Source: Torpedo marmorata (lineage: Eukaryota). Taken from it: DNA of 64,000 nt. Both the position numbers and the translations under genes were made by a program. Positions 25,925-37,879 of this stretch are shown in pieces (position 1 is the stretch's first letter; each line of letters begins with the position of its first letter). The notes under the pieces are model-generated. The model worked only from the letters and a program-made list of their open reading frames with translations, was not told the origin of the DNA and did no database searches. Where the stretch lies: positions 17,546,001 through 17,610,000 of the forward strand of contig OZ360234.1 of NCBI GenBank assembly GCA_977017645.1, in the 5' to 3' direction.

Positions 25925-26170
25925 ATGGGTGGCATGGTTGGCGTAGTGGTTAGCACAACGCTGTTACAGCGCCAGCGATCAGGACCGGGGTTCGAATCTG
26001 TAAGGAGTTTGTACGTTCTCCCCGTGTCTGTATGGGTTTTCCCCGGGGGCTCTGGTTTCCTTCCACCATTCGAAACGTACTGGGGGTGTAGGTTAATTTG
26101 GTGTAAATTGGGCGGCATGGACTTGTGGGCCGAAGTGGCCTGTTACCGTGCTGTATGTCTAAATTAAAAT
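25925..26170 (+). mobile_element. tRNA-derived V-domain SINE (HE1-like) with CR1-type tail
   Basis: A-box tggcgtagtggttagc, B-box ggttcgaatc, V-type core gtttgtacgttctccccgtg..ggtttcc, tail gggccgaag.ggcctgtt.ccgtgctgtat. Confidence 0.85.
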
Positions 26171-26275
26171 GAAAAAATACCTCATTCACACAACCACTTT
26201 TTAATGTTTGAAGTAAGACCATGTTGGAAGGTGAGTGCTCCTGCAGGGGATTCAGATGACTAAATGGGACTGGGT

Positions 26276-29200
26276 TGTGGTAAACCACTATTGTACCACT
26301 GTATATATTATGGGCTGGGGCAAGCCTGATCATGTCCTGTCTGTCTGTCCCGGTGACTCCTCCCCCTCTCCCCTGGAATAAAGGCCTTGAGCCACTGACT
26401 CCACCCTCAGTTCCGGGACAGTCTAGTAGGGATCAACAGGTCTAAGTGTAGCTTAGCCCTGGCCTGAATTCTGGTAATAAAAGCCTATTGATCTCCTGTA
26501 CTTCTTGCCTTGAGTAAGTCATTGATAGGTATATCAATTTTATTACCAGTCTTAATCTGATGGAGAATTTTCTGAGGCCAGACAAGCTAGACATTGCCCC
26601 CCTGGCCCAAGACCCCGCAAGTACCTTCGAACTCTGGCTACGCTGCTTCATACCCTTCCTGAGGTCGACCAGAGCGGTCAGCGACGAGGACAAACTCGAC
26701 ATCCTCATGTCTAGGGTAAGCCCACGGGTGTATAACACCGTCAGAGACTGCGAAACGTACGATGCTGCCTTGGGAGCCCTTAAAAGGCTGTACCTGACGC
26801 CTGTGAACGCGGTCTACGCGAGGCACAGGTTATCGCAACGGCGCCAGCGACCCGGAGAGTCGATCTCCGAGTACATCCAGGACGTGCAGCTACTGGTGCG
26901 GGCGTGCGATTGCCGAGCCCTGACGGCTGAGCAACACGCTGAACTGTTGGCAAGGGACACGTTCATTATGGGGCTCAGGTCGGTTTACATTCGCCAGCGA
27001 TTGCTGGAACACGCCGACCTGACCCTGAAATCTACCGTCCAGACGGCCCTCACACTGGAGGCTGCGCTCAGGAACTCTGACGCTATGCAGGCGCAGCCTG
27101 CCTCGTGGATCGCCCCAACCGCCAGCTCTGCAAGCGACGTGACTGCCGCTGCCGTCTACCATGACCCGATCGCCGCCGCTGCCGCTATCCGTGAGTTGGC
27201 CGCCGCCGCCGCTACCCGGGAGCCCGCCGCCATCCGTGAGTTAACCGCCGCGGCCGTTACCCGGGAGCCCGAGAAGTGTTACTTCTGCGGGCTCGACAAA
27301 CACCCACGCAAACGCTGCCCGGCCCGAGACGCGACTTGTTCTAGCTGCGGCAAGAAAGGCCACTACGCTAAGGCCTGCCGCTCCAAGCCGCGTACGGGTC
27401 CGAGCAGCGCCGCGTGCGAAGTAAGGGAGCGGCCATCTTACCTGTCGTCACTTCCAGCGGTGACCTCGTGCGAGGAATGGAGGCGGCCATCTTGGCCCCC
27501 GGCACTTCCGATACCAGCACTTCCGGCGCGGCCATTTTATAGCCTCACCGCGGCACTTCCAGCACCGCCATCTTGCAGCGACACGTGCGACCTACGGGGG
27601 CTGCCATCTTCGTCAGCGTCGGATCAAGACGGCACGTCGGATCAAGACCACGTCCCGACCCTGGCATCCGTGACGCTGGATCAGAGCGCGCCCCATCAGC
27701 TGTCCAGATCGATGATGGACATATTAGTTGAGGGGCATAAGACTACCTGCCTGTTCGACACAGGCAGTACTGAAAGTTTTATCCATCCAGACACCGTCCA
27801 GCGCTGTGGCCTCACAATTGTACCGGTAAGCCAGAGGGTGGCCATGGCGTCTGGAACACACACAACAGACATCCGGGGGGGTTGTGTGGCGAACATAGTG
27901 GTACAGGGCACGGAATATCGGGGGTTTTCATTGTTGGTCATGCCCCGTTTGTGTGCTCCTGTATTGCTGGGACTGGACTTCCAAAGCCACCTGCTAAGCG
28001 TCACCATGCACTATGATGGGCCCCACCCTCCGATCGTAGTGACTAACCCCGAGTATTTGAGTAATACGCCCCAGACTACCTGTGGTCTCTCCACGCTGAA
28101 GATCCAACCCCCGTCACCTTTCGCCAACCTGACCCCTGACTGTAAGCCTGTAGCAACTAAAAGTAGGTGATACAGTGCAGGGGACAGGGCATTCATTAAG
28201 GCGGAGGTGCATCGTCTACTGGGGGAAGGGATCATCGCACCCAGTAACAGCCCCTGGAGAGCTCAGGTAGTCGTAGTGAAGAACGGGGCCAAGAGCCGGA
28301 TGGTGGTGGACTACAGTCAGACCATTAACCGGTTCACGCAACTGGATGCCTATCCGCTGCCGAGAATCGCGGATATGGTCAACCAGATTGCGCAGTACAA
28401 AATCTTTTCCAACATTGACCTAAAGTCGGCATACCACCAACTTCCGATTCGCCGGGAAGACCGAGCGTACACCGCTTTCGAGGCGGACGGCAGGTTATTC
28501 CATTTCCTGCGCGTCCCCTTCGGGGTAACAAACGGGGTATCTGTGTTTCAACGGGAGATGGACAGGATCGTTGACCAGTTCAAACTCACTGCCACCTTCC
28601 CGTACCTGGACGACATCACCATTTGTGGTCATGATCGCCAGGATCACGATAGGAACCTTCGGAAGTTCCTGCAGGCGGCCAAGACGCTGAACCTCACATA
28701 TAACAAGGAGAAATGCGTGTTCGGGACTACCCGACTCGCTATCCTGGGGTGTGTCGTGGAGAACGGGGTGATTGGACCCGACCCCGACCGCATGCGCCCC
28801 CTGTTGGAACTTTCGATTCCCCATACCCCCAAAGCCCTTAAACGATGCCTCGGGTTCTTCTCGTATTATGCGCAGTGGGTCCCAAACTACGCGGACAAAG
28901 CCCGACCCCTCGTCAAGTCCACCAAGTTTCCCCTGGCAGCGGAGGCACGTGAGGCTTTCGACCTCATAAAAGGGGACATCGCCCGAGCAGCGATGCACGC
29001 GGTGGACGAGTCGGTACCTTTTCAGGTAGAGAGTGACGCATCGGACTTCGCACTGGCTGCTACCCTCAACCAGGCGGGAAGACCGGTAGCGTTTTTCTCC
29101 CGCACCCTTCAAGGCCCCGAAATTCGGCACTCCGCGGTAGAGAAAGAGGCCCAAGCCATAGTTGAGGCTATTCGGCACTGGAGGCACTATCTCGCCGGAA

Positions 29201-30892
29201 AACGTTTTACCCTGCTGACGGACCAGCGCTCCGTCGCATTCATGTTTAACAACCAGCAGCGGGGTAAAATCAAAAATGATAAAATCATGAGGTGGAGAAT
29301 AGAACTCTCCACCTACAATTACGACATCCTTTACCGGCCCGGGAAGCTCAACGAGCCCTCCGATGCTCTATCCTGGGGATCGTGCGCCAGCACGCAGATC
29401 GACCGGTTATACTCCCTCCATTGCGACCTCTGCCACCCAGGAGTTATAAGGCTGTTCCACTTCATAAAAGCACGGAACCTGCCTTACTCCCTGGAAGAGG
29501 TCAGGACCATGACCAGCAGCTGCCGAGTCTGTGCGGAGTGCAAACCGCAATTCTACCGCCCCGACAAGGCACAGCTGGTCAAGGCCACCCGCCCTTTTGA
29601 ACGTCTCAGTATCGACTTCAAGGGCCCCCTTCCCTCCACGAACCGCAACGTGTACTTTCTTAATATTATCGACGAGTACTCGCGGTTCCCCTTTGCCATC
29701 CCCTGCCCCGATACCTCGGCAGCTTCGGCTATTAAAGCCCTCCGCCAGGTATTCACCTTGTTCGGGTTCCCCTGCTATGTCCATAGCGACTGGGGATCCG
29801 CGTTCATGAGTGAGGAACTGCGGCAGTACTTGCAGACCCGAGGCATCGCCACCAGTAGGACCACGGGGTACAACCCACGGGGAAACGGACAGGTGGAGAG
29901 GGAGAACGCCACTGTATGGACAGCTACGCTACTGGCCCTGAAATCAAAAGGGTGGCCAGTGGCCCGCTGGCAAGAGGTTCTCCCGGACGCCCTCCACTCT
30001 ATACGATCCCTGTTATGTACCTCCACAAACACTACCCCTCACGAACGTCTTTTTCCTTCCCTAGAAAATCGACCACCGGAACTACCCTCCCTACCTGACT
30101 GACGTCCCCGGGACCGGTGCTACTCTGCAAACACCTTCGGAGTAGCAAGTACGAGCCCTTGGTCGAGAGGGTGCAGCTGACCCATGCGAACCCGCAGTAC
30201 GCATTCGTGGTCTTCCCCGACGGGCGGGAAGACACGGTGTCAATACGGGACCTGGCGCCTGCAGGAGCGTTGGAAGAGGTCCCCGACAGCGGGAACGCCT
30301 GGTCACAGCTGCCCCCTCCGCCTCCCAGCACGGCGGGTACAACGCCCCAGCCGGAGCTGGACGAGCCACAAGCCAGGCAGGAGGCAACCCGGACCCAGAC
30401 CCCCCCCACCCTCGTTCCACAACCACAATCATCGCCCGCGCCATCACCGCAGGTCTTACGTAGGTCGCAGCGGCGAGCCCGACCGCCGGATAGACTCAAC
30501 CTGTAGAGGTGATGGTTGCGGCAACCCTACTATGTAAATAATTTGTTTATATTTGTGTGCGCGGGATATTAATTACGGTAATTACGGTGACCACTTCGCC
30601 CCCCCATCGGATTTGTTTTAAAAGGGGTGAATGTGGTAAACCACTATTGTACCACTGTATATATTATGGGCTGGGGCAAGCCTGATCATGTCCTGTCTGT
30701 CTGTCCCGGTGACTCCTCCCCCTCTCCCCTGGAATAAAGGCCTTGAGCCACTGACTCCACCCTCAGTTCCGGGACAGTCTAGTAGGGATCAACAGGTCTA
30801 AGTGTAGCTTAGCCCTGGCCTGAATTCTGGTAATAAAAGCCTATTGATCTCCTGTACTTCTTGCCTTGAGTAAGTCATTGATAGGTATATCA
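26276..30892 (+). mobile_element. full-length Gypsy LTR retrotransposon A (4617 bp)
   Basis: 261-bp LTRs at 26276-26536 and 30632-30892 (TG..CA, identical by eye), 5-bp TSD tgggt, polypurine tract aaaaggggtgaa, PR-RT-RH-IN domain order. Confidence 0.97.
26560..30506 (+). pseudogene. gag-pol polyprotein of element A (disrupted)
   Basis: Two CCHC knuckles (CYFCGLDKHPRKRC, CSSCGKKGHYAKAC), protease LFDTGS, RT YLDD, RNase H ESDAS, integrase H..CH..C..C and SIDFKG..E. In-frame TGA at 28168-28170 and a frameshift near 30060. Confidence 0.93.
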
Positions 30893-30970
30893 TGGGTAGG
30901 GCTGACAAAAATGAAGGCTAGATGACACACAATTATATACATTGGGAAGCCTGTTTGAAGGGTGGTGTCA

Positions 30971-33900
30971 TGTGGTAAACCACTGTTTAGGTGTATTGTG
31001 TGCTAGGGTGTAGTATGGGTATGTCCTGCTGTCTGTCCCGGTGTCTCCTCCCCCTCCCCTGGTTGTCCCGGTAATCCCTCCTCTTTCCTCACCTGAATAA
31101 AGGCCCTTGTGCCACCGCTCCGCCCCCAGTCCGGGATCAGATCTGCAGACCAACTGTAGCTGTGTTTATAGTTAATAAAAGCCTATGGTTCGTTTCCACT
31201 CATAGTCTCTTGAGTGATTATTGATAGGCCTATCAATTTTATTAACTATTAAAATCCGATGGAGAGCGCTCTAAGACCGGACCGATTGGACAACGACCCT
31301 CTAGCTCCTGATGCCGGTAATTCTTTTGAACACTGGCTACGCTGTTTCGAGTCCTTTCTGACGACGATCAAAGCAGAAAGCGAGGACCAGAAATTGGAGG
31401 TCCTCGTGTCCAGGGTAAGCCCTCGGGTATTCTCGACGATTCGCGACTGTAAAACCTACACGGAGGCGATGGACGCGCTGAAGAGAATCTATGTTACGCC
31501 TGTTAACGCGGTCTACGCAAGGTACCGACTATCAACGCGAAAACAGCGGGCCAGGGAGTCGATCGTTGAGTTTGTCAGGGACATACAGTCGCTGGTGCGA
31601 GCGTGCGACTGTAAGGTGCTGACTGCAGAGGAACACGCTGAATTGCTGGAGAGGGACACGTTCATCATGGGGATCAGGTCGGTATACGTGCGCCAGCGGC
31701 TGCTGGAGCACGCCGACCTGGACCTCCGTACCGCGGTTGCAATGGCCCACACGCTGGAGGCCACGCTGCGGAACTCGGACGCCATGCAGGCGCGCGACCT
31801 CCAGCCTGCCGCGTGGTCAGCCCCGTCCCCCAACCCTGCCAGCCATCTGACCGCCGCCTCCGTTTGCCGCGACCTGTTCGCAGCCGCCGCTATCCACGAA
31901 CTCACTGCCGCAGCCGTTAACCGCGAGCCCGAGAAGTGCTACTTCTGCGGGCTCGATAAGCACCAAAGAAAACGCTGCCCGGCCCGCGACGCGACTTGCT
32001 CTAGCTGCGGCAAGAAAGGCCATTATGCAAAGGCCTGCCGCTCTAAGCCGCGCGCGGGTCCGAGCAGCGCCGCGTGCGAGATACGGGAGCGGCCATCTTA
32101 CCTGCTGTCGTTTCCGGCGTCGACCTCGTGTGAGGAGTGGAGGCGGCCATCTTTGATGCTGGCACTTCCGGCGCCGCCATCTTATAGCACGACATCTGTA
32201 CTTCCGGCACTTCCGGCGCCGCCATCTTGCAGCGCGAGCAGCAGCGACACGTGCAACCCACGGGAGCGGCCATCTTTGTCAGCTTCGGATCAAGACGACT
32301 ACATCCCGACCCTAGCATCCGTCACCCTCGACCAGAGTGTTCCCCACCAGCTGTCGCGATCCATGATGGACATCCTGGTGGAGGGGCACAAGACCACTTG
32401 CCTATTTGATACTGGCAGCACGGAGAGTTTCATTCACCTGGACACTGTTCAGCGCTGTGGCCTGACTACCATACCGGTAAGCCAGAGGGTGGCCATGGCG
32501 TCTGGGTCACACACAACAGACATCCGGGGTGCTTGTGTGGCGAACATTGTAGTACAGGGGACAGAGTATCGGCAATTCTCGTTATTTATTATGAATCGTT
32601 TGTGTGCGCCGGTATTACTGGGTCTTGACTTTCAGAGCCACTTACGGAGTGTCACAATGTGATATGACGGTCCCCACCCTGCGATCACTGTAGCGAACCA
32701 CCAGTTCCTGGACAACACGCCTCAGACTACCTGTGGTCTCGCTGCACCTCCGCCTTGATAAACGCTCTGTCCCCCGCACTGTATCGCCCCCGTCGTTATT
32801 CGCCAACCTGACCCCTGACTGTAAGCCGGTGGCAACCAAGAGCAGGCGATACAGTGCGGGGGACAGAGCATTTATCAAGGCGGAGGTGCAGCGATTATTA
32901 CAGGAGGGGATTATTGAGAAAAGTAATAGCCCCTGGAGAGCCCAGGTAGTCGTAGTAAAAGGGGCCAAGAGTAGGATGGTGGTGGACTACAGCCAAACCA
33001 TTAACCGATTCACGCAGCTGGACGCATATCCGCTACCACGAATAGCGGATAAAGTGAATGAAATAGCCCAGTATAGGCTATTTTCAACGATAGACCTAAA
33101 ATCTGCATACCATCAGCTCCCTATCCGTCGGGAGGACCGTTCGTACACCGCGTTCGAGGCGGATGGCAGGCTGTTCCATTTCCTGCGCGTCCCTTTCGGG
33201 GTCACAAATGGTGTGTCAGTATTCCAGCGGGAGATGGACAGGATTGTTGATCACTATAAACTTAAAGCCACTTTCCCATACCTGGACGACATTACCATCT
33301 GTGGTCATGATGGTCAGGACCATGACAACAACCTTCGGAGGTTCCTGCAGGCGGCCAAAGCATTAAACCTCACGTATAATAAAGACAAATGCGTGTTTGG
33401 TACCACCCGCCTCGCCATTTTGGGGTGTGTGGTCGAGAACGGGGTTATTGGACCCGACCCCGACCGCATGCGGCCCCTGCTGGAACTCCCGCTTCCCCAC
33501 ACCCCCAAAGCCCTTAAACGATGCCTCGGGTTCTTCTCATACTATGCGCAGTGGGTTCCCAATTATGCTGATAAGGCCCGACCCCTTGTAAAATCCACCG
33601 CATTTCCCCTTGCTTCGGAGGCACGTAAGGCGTTTGACCTTATAAAAGGGGACATTGCACGAGCAACAATGCACGCGGTGGATGAAGAGACACCTTTTCA
33701 GGTAGAGAGCGACGCATCGGACTTCGCGCTGGCTGCTACCCTCAACCAGGCGGGAAGGCCGGTGGCGTTTTTCTCACGGACCCTCCAAGGCCCCGAAATT
33801 CGGCACTCCGCGGTGGAGAAGGAAGCCCAGGCCATAGTGGAAGCCATCAGGCACTGGAGGCACTATCTCGCCGGTAAGCATTTTACCCTGCTGACAGATC

Positions 33901-35533
33901 AACGCTCTGTGGCTTTTATGTTCAACAATCAGCAGCGGGGTAAGATCAAAAATGACAAGATCATGAGGTGGAGAATAGAACTCTCCACCTACAATTACGA
34001 CATCCTTTACCGGCCCGGGAAGCTCAATGAGCCCTCCGATGCTCTATCCCGGGGATCATGCGCCAGCGCGCAGATCGACGGGTTACACGCCCTACATGAC
34101 GACCTATGCCACCCAGGAGTTACCAGGCTCTTTCACTTTGTGAAGTCACGGAACCTGCCATACTCCCTGGAAGAGGTCAGGACAATGATCAGCAGTTGTC
34201 GGGTTTGCGCGGAGTGCAAACCTCAGTTCTATCGCCCCGACAAGGCACAGCTGGTCAAAGCCACCCGCCCTTTTGAACGTCTCAGCATTGACTTCAAGGG
34301 CCCCCTTCCCTCCACGAACCGCAATGTGTATTTTCTGAATATTATTGATGAGTACTCGCGGTTCCCCTTCGCCATCCCCTGCCCCGACACTTCGGCTACC
34401 TCAACCATTAAAGCTCTTCACCAGGTATTTACGCTATTTGGCTTCCCGAACTATATACATAGTGACCGGGGATCAGCTTTTATGAGTGAGGAGCTGCGAC
34501 AGTATCTGCTGACCCGAGGCATCGCCACTAGTAGGACCACAGGTACAACCCCCGGGGAAATGGACAGGTGGAAAGGGAGAACGCCACGGTCTGGAAGGCC
34601 GCGCTCCTGGCTCTCAAGTCCAGGGGACTGCCGGTCTCCCGCTGGCAAGAGGTCCTCCCTGAAGCCCTCCACTCTATCCAGTCCCTGCTGTGCACGTCCA
34701 CAAATGCAACCCCTCACGAACGACTTTTCTCCTTCCCCAGGAAGTCGAACACCGGAACCATCCTACCTGCCTGGCTGATGTCCCCGGGACCCGTGCTGCT
34801 CCGCAACCACCTTCGGAGCAGCAAATATGAGCCGACGGTCCAGAGGGTGCAGTTAGCGCACGCTAACCCACAGTATGCCTACGTGGTCTTCCCTGATGGG
34901 CGAGAGGACACGGTGTCAATTCGTGACCTGGCGCCCGCTGGAGCGCCGGGAGAAACCCTCGACGGGCAAGACCACTTGCTGCAGCCCCTCCCCATTCCCC
35001 CTCCCAGCACGTCAGCCCCAGCACCCTCGCCGGGACCGGATACGCCACAAGAAGCCAGGCAGGAGGCGACCTTGCAGACAATCCTGCCATCTCCCCCATC
35101 ACCACAACCCGCCCCGTCACCACGGGTACTGCGCAGGTCGCAGCGGCGAATCAGACCACCGGATCGCCTTGACCTGTAAAATTGAATGTAAATATATCTG
35201 TTTTGTGTCTGTAAAATAGTCACTGTGGTCACTTCACCCCGCTGGACTCTTTTAAAAGGAGGGGTGAATGTGGTAAACCACTGTTTAGGTGTATTGTGTG
35301 CTAGGGTGTAGTATGGGCATGTCCTGCTGTCTGTCCCGGTGTCTCCTCCCCCTCCCCTGGTTGTCCCGGTAATCCCTCCCCTTTCCTCACCTGAATAAAG
35401 GCCCTTGTGCCACCGCTCCGCCCCCAGTCCGGGATCAGATCTGCAGGCCAACTGTAGCTGTGCTTATAGTTAATAAAAGCCTATGGTTCGTTTCCACTCA
35501 TAGTCTCTTGAGTGATTATTGATAGGCCTATCA
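30971..35533 (+). mobile_element. full-length Gypsy LTR retrotransposon B (4563 bp), sister family of A
   Basis: 265-bp LTRs at 30971-31235 and 35269-35533 (four transitions seen), 5-bp TSD tgtca, polypurine tract aaaaggaggggtgaa. Confidence 0.97.
31259..35179 (+). pseudogene. gag-pol polyprotein of element B (disrupted)
   Basis: Same domains as A. TGA at 32660-32662, frameshifts near 32740 and 34550, C-terminus RRSQRRIRPPDRLDL. Confidence 0.93.
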
Positions 35534-35819
35534 TGTCATTGTTAAGCAGCATGGAGGCGTTCAGCTGCAAATCGGAGCTCCGAGTTTGATGTAAACTCAC
35601 AGCCCATCCATTCCAGCCTGGAACTGTTGGCTAACTCCGTTTGTACACATCAGGGTCGAACAAAGATGCAACTTCCATCAAAGCCTTAGCAACAGCCACC
35701 CAATGCCTGAGTGGTGCAGCAGAAGTTCAGACTACTGGCATCATTTCTATAGACTACAGAGATTTGTGGCATTTTATAGCAGTAGTACAATCTGTACTCT
35801 AACACACGTTACTCCTGAC

Positions 35820-37760
35820 AATAGTTTAATGAAGCACAAATATGCCAGGCTGTTGTTCATTGACTTCAGCTTGGTGTTTAACATGATCATATCTCAGAGG
35901 CTGGTGGATAAAGTGTCCTCGCTGGGACTCAACACCCCACTCTGCAACTGGATTCTGGACTTCTTGACAGAAAGATCAGTCTGTCTAGGTTGGCAACAAA
36001 ACCTCAAGTCCCATGACACTGAGCAATGGCGCACCTCAGGGGTGTGTGCTCAGCCTGCTGCTACTGCTGTTCACACTGCTGACTTATGTCTGCACTGCCA
36101 GGTTCAGTTCCAACAGAATCAGCAAATTTGCAGATGTAGTTGGCCTTATCAGCAACAGTGATGAGTCACATTACAGAGAGGAGGTGGAAAGGCTCGTAAA
36201 ATGGTGCGAAAACAATAACCTGAATCTCAACATGGACAAGATAAAGGAGATGTTTGTGGACTTCAGGAGAATGAAGGTCAATGGTTCTCCACTACACATC
36301 AATGTTTGTGTCGTGGAAAGAGTGGAGAGTACAGTTCCTTGGCCTGCATATAAGGAACAACCTATCCTGGACTCACAACACCTCCTCATTAGTCAGGAAG
36401 GTGCAGCAGTGCCTACACTTCCTAAGGAGGCTGAGGCAAGGCCACCGACCCCCTTGACAACCTTTGACAGGAGCACAATTCAGTGTGCTGTGTGGCTGCA
36501 TCATTGTATCTGCAAAGCATCGGTCTGGAAGTCTATACAGAAGATCATTAAAACAGCTGAGAGGATCACTGGGGTCTTCCTTTCCTCTGCAGATGACATT
36601 TACTGTGAGTGCTGTCTAAAGAGGGCTCAAGGAATTATAGAAGACCCCTTCCATCCAGCACACTGTATCTTCAACCCACTACCATCAGAAAAAAGGTGCA
36701 GGAGCATCAAAATCAGGACTGCCAGGCTGGGGAATAGCTTCTTCTGACAAGCTGAGATTGATAAACAGTATCCTGTAACTGTGACAATCATCCCAAATAT
36801 TTATATTGAGTATTTATGTGATCTTTATGTACTGTGTATTGTGTGTTTTTGTGCGTGCACTTTGGTCTGGAGCAGGGGCCCCCAAACCTTTTAGACCATC
36901 GACCCCTTCATGCAATCCTTGATCCCTCATCGACTCCCAGGCATGTACAAATAAATTTAAAAAAAAATAAATAAATGATAATAATAATAATTGTTTCATT
37001 AGTAAACTAAGGTACAAATCCAAATTTCAAATACTCTTGTGAATATTGTCGGCACCTAGTCCAAGCATTAGCGGCCGCCATTGTGCTTACTAGAAATGTG
37101 GCAAATTTACACAGTAAATGCACAGCTATCAGTTCACTGACACCACTCCGATAGCTATGGGGTTGAGTATGCACTGGCTGTCTCTGGACTAGTTGGCGCC
37201 TTTGGACAGGAAATGACGCGGCCGGAATACTCAGCCTAGCGTTGCCACAACCCAGATTTTCGTTACGTACTTGAAAATAAAGCTTAAGGCTAAGCTAAAA
37301 CGTTTTAAAATGTTACAAGACTACAATGCTAATGATGAATAATATAGTTAATACATTTATCGATTATTTAAAAAAAGAGCATCGTCATGTGATTCCAACT
37401 AATAATAAATTATTATAACAATATTATTATCATTATGTTTCAGTAAACAGAATATAAAATAAATAGACAATAAAAACTAATTATATATAAATCAGAAATG
37501 TGTAGAAATCAAGTTGTATTTTATGTACCGGTATTTTTATTTCTTATACAAATGTCAGCTTTCGACCCCAAAAGTTAAATCGACCCCCTGGCGTTTATCG
37601 ACCCCCTTTTGACCCCCAGGTATTTATCGACCCCTTGGATAGGCCCATCAACCCCCAGGGGTCGATATCAACCACTTTGGAGACCCCTAGTCTGGAGAGA
37701 CGCTGTTTTGTCAGGTTGTATATACGGTATATAATCAGTTGATAATAAACTTGAACTTGA
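35820..37760 (+). mobile_element. decayed Rex-Babar LINE interrupted by a hAT element
   Basis: [25 protein letters not shown] and HPAH.IF.PLPS; the tail resumes after 37697 and ends aataaacttgaacttgaa. Confidence 0.85.
36873..37689. mobile_element. non-autonomous hAT (Charlie-like) DNA transposon
   Basis: Imperfect TIRs caggggcccccaaa / tttggagaccccta, 8-bp TSD gtctggag (36865-36872 and 37690-37697), multiple subterminal tcgacccc motifs at both ends. Confidence 0.88.
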
Positions 37761-37879
37761 AATGTGGTCTTCCTTTGAGGAAGGAAGTTTGTGTGCTCTC
37801 TCTCCCGTCACTCTGCCAAGTGTCTTTGCATGCAACAGGCAGATTTAGACTGTTGCACTTCCCATCCAAGATAATAATG

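Noticed and set aside
25925-26000. tRNA gene
   Set aside because: SINE head with an incomplete cloverleaf, followed by a V-domain and CR1 tail.
28168-28170. Programmed stop read-through between protease and RT
   Set aside because: Element B has CGA at this codon and its own stop elsewhere, so it is a CpG mutation.
28495-29784. Long antisense ORFs over Gypsy pol (28495-29187, 29407-29784)
   Set aside because: GC-rich shadow frames; not matched by equivalent ORFs in sister element B.
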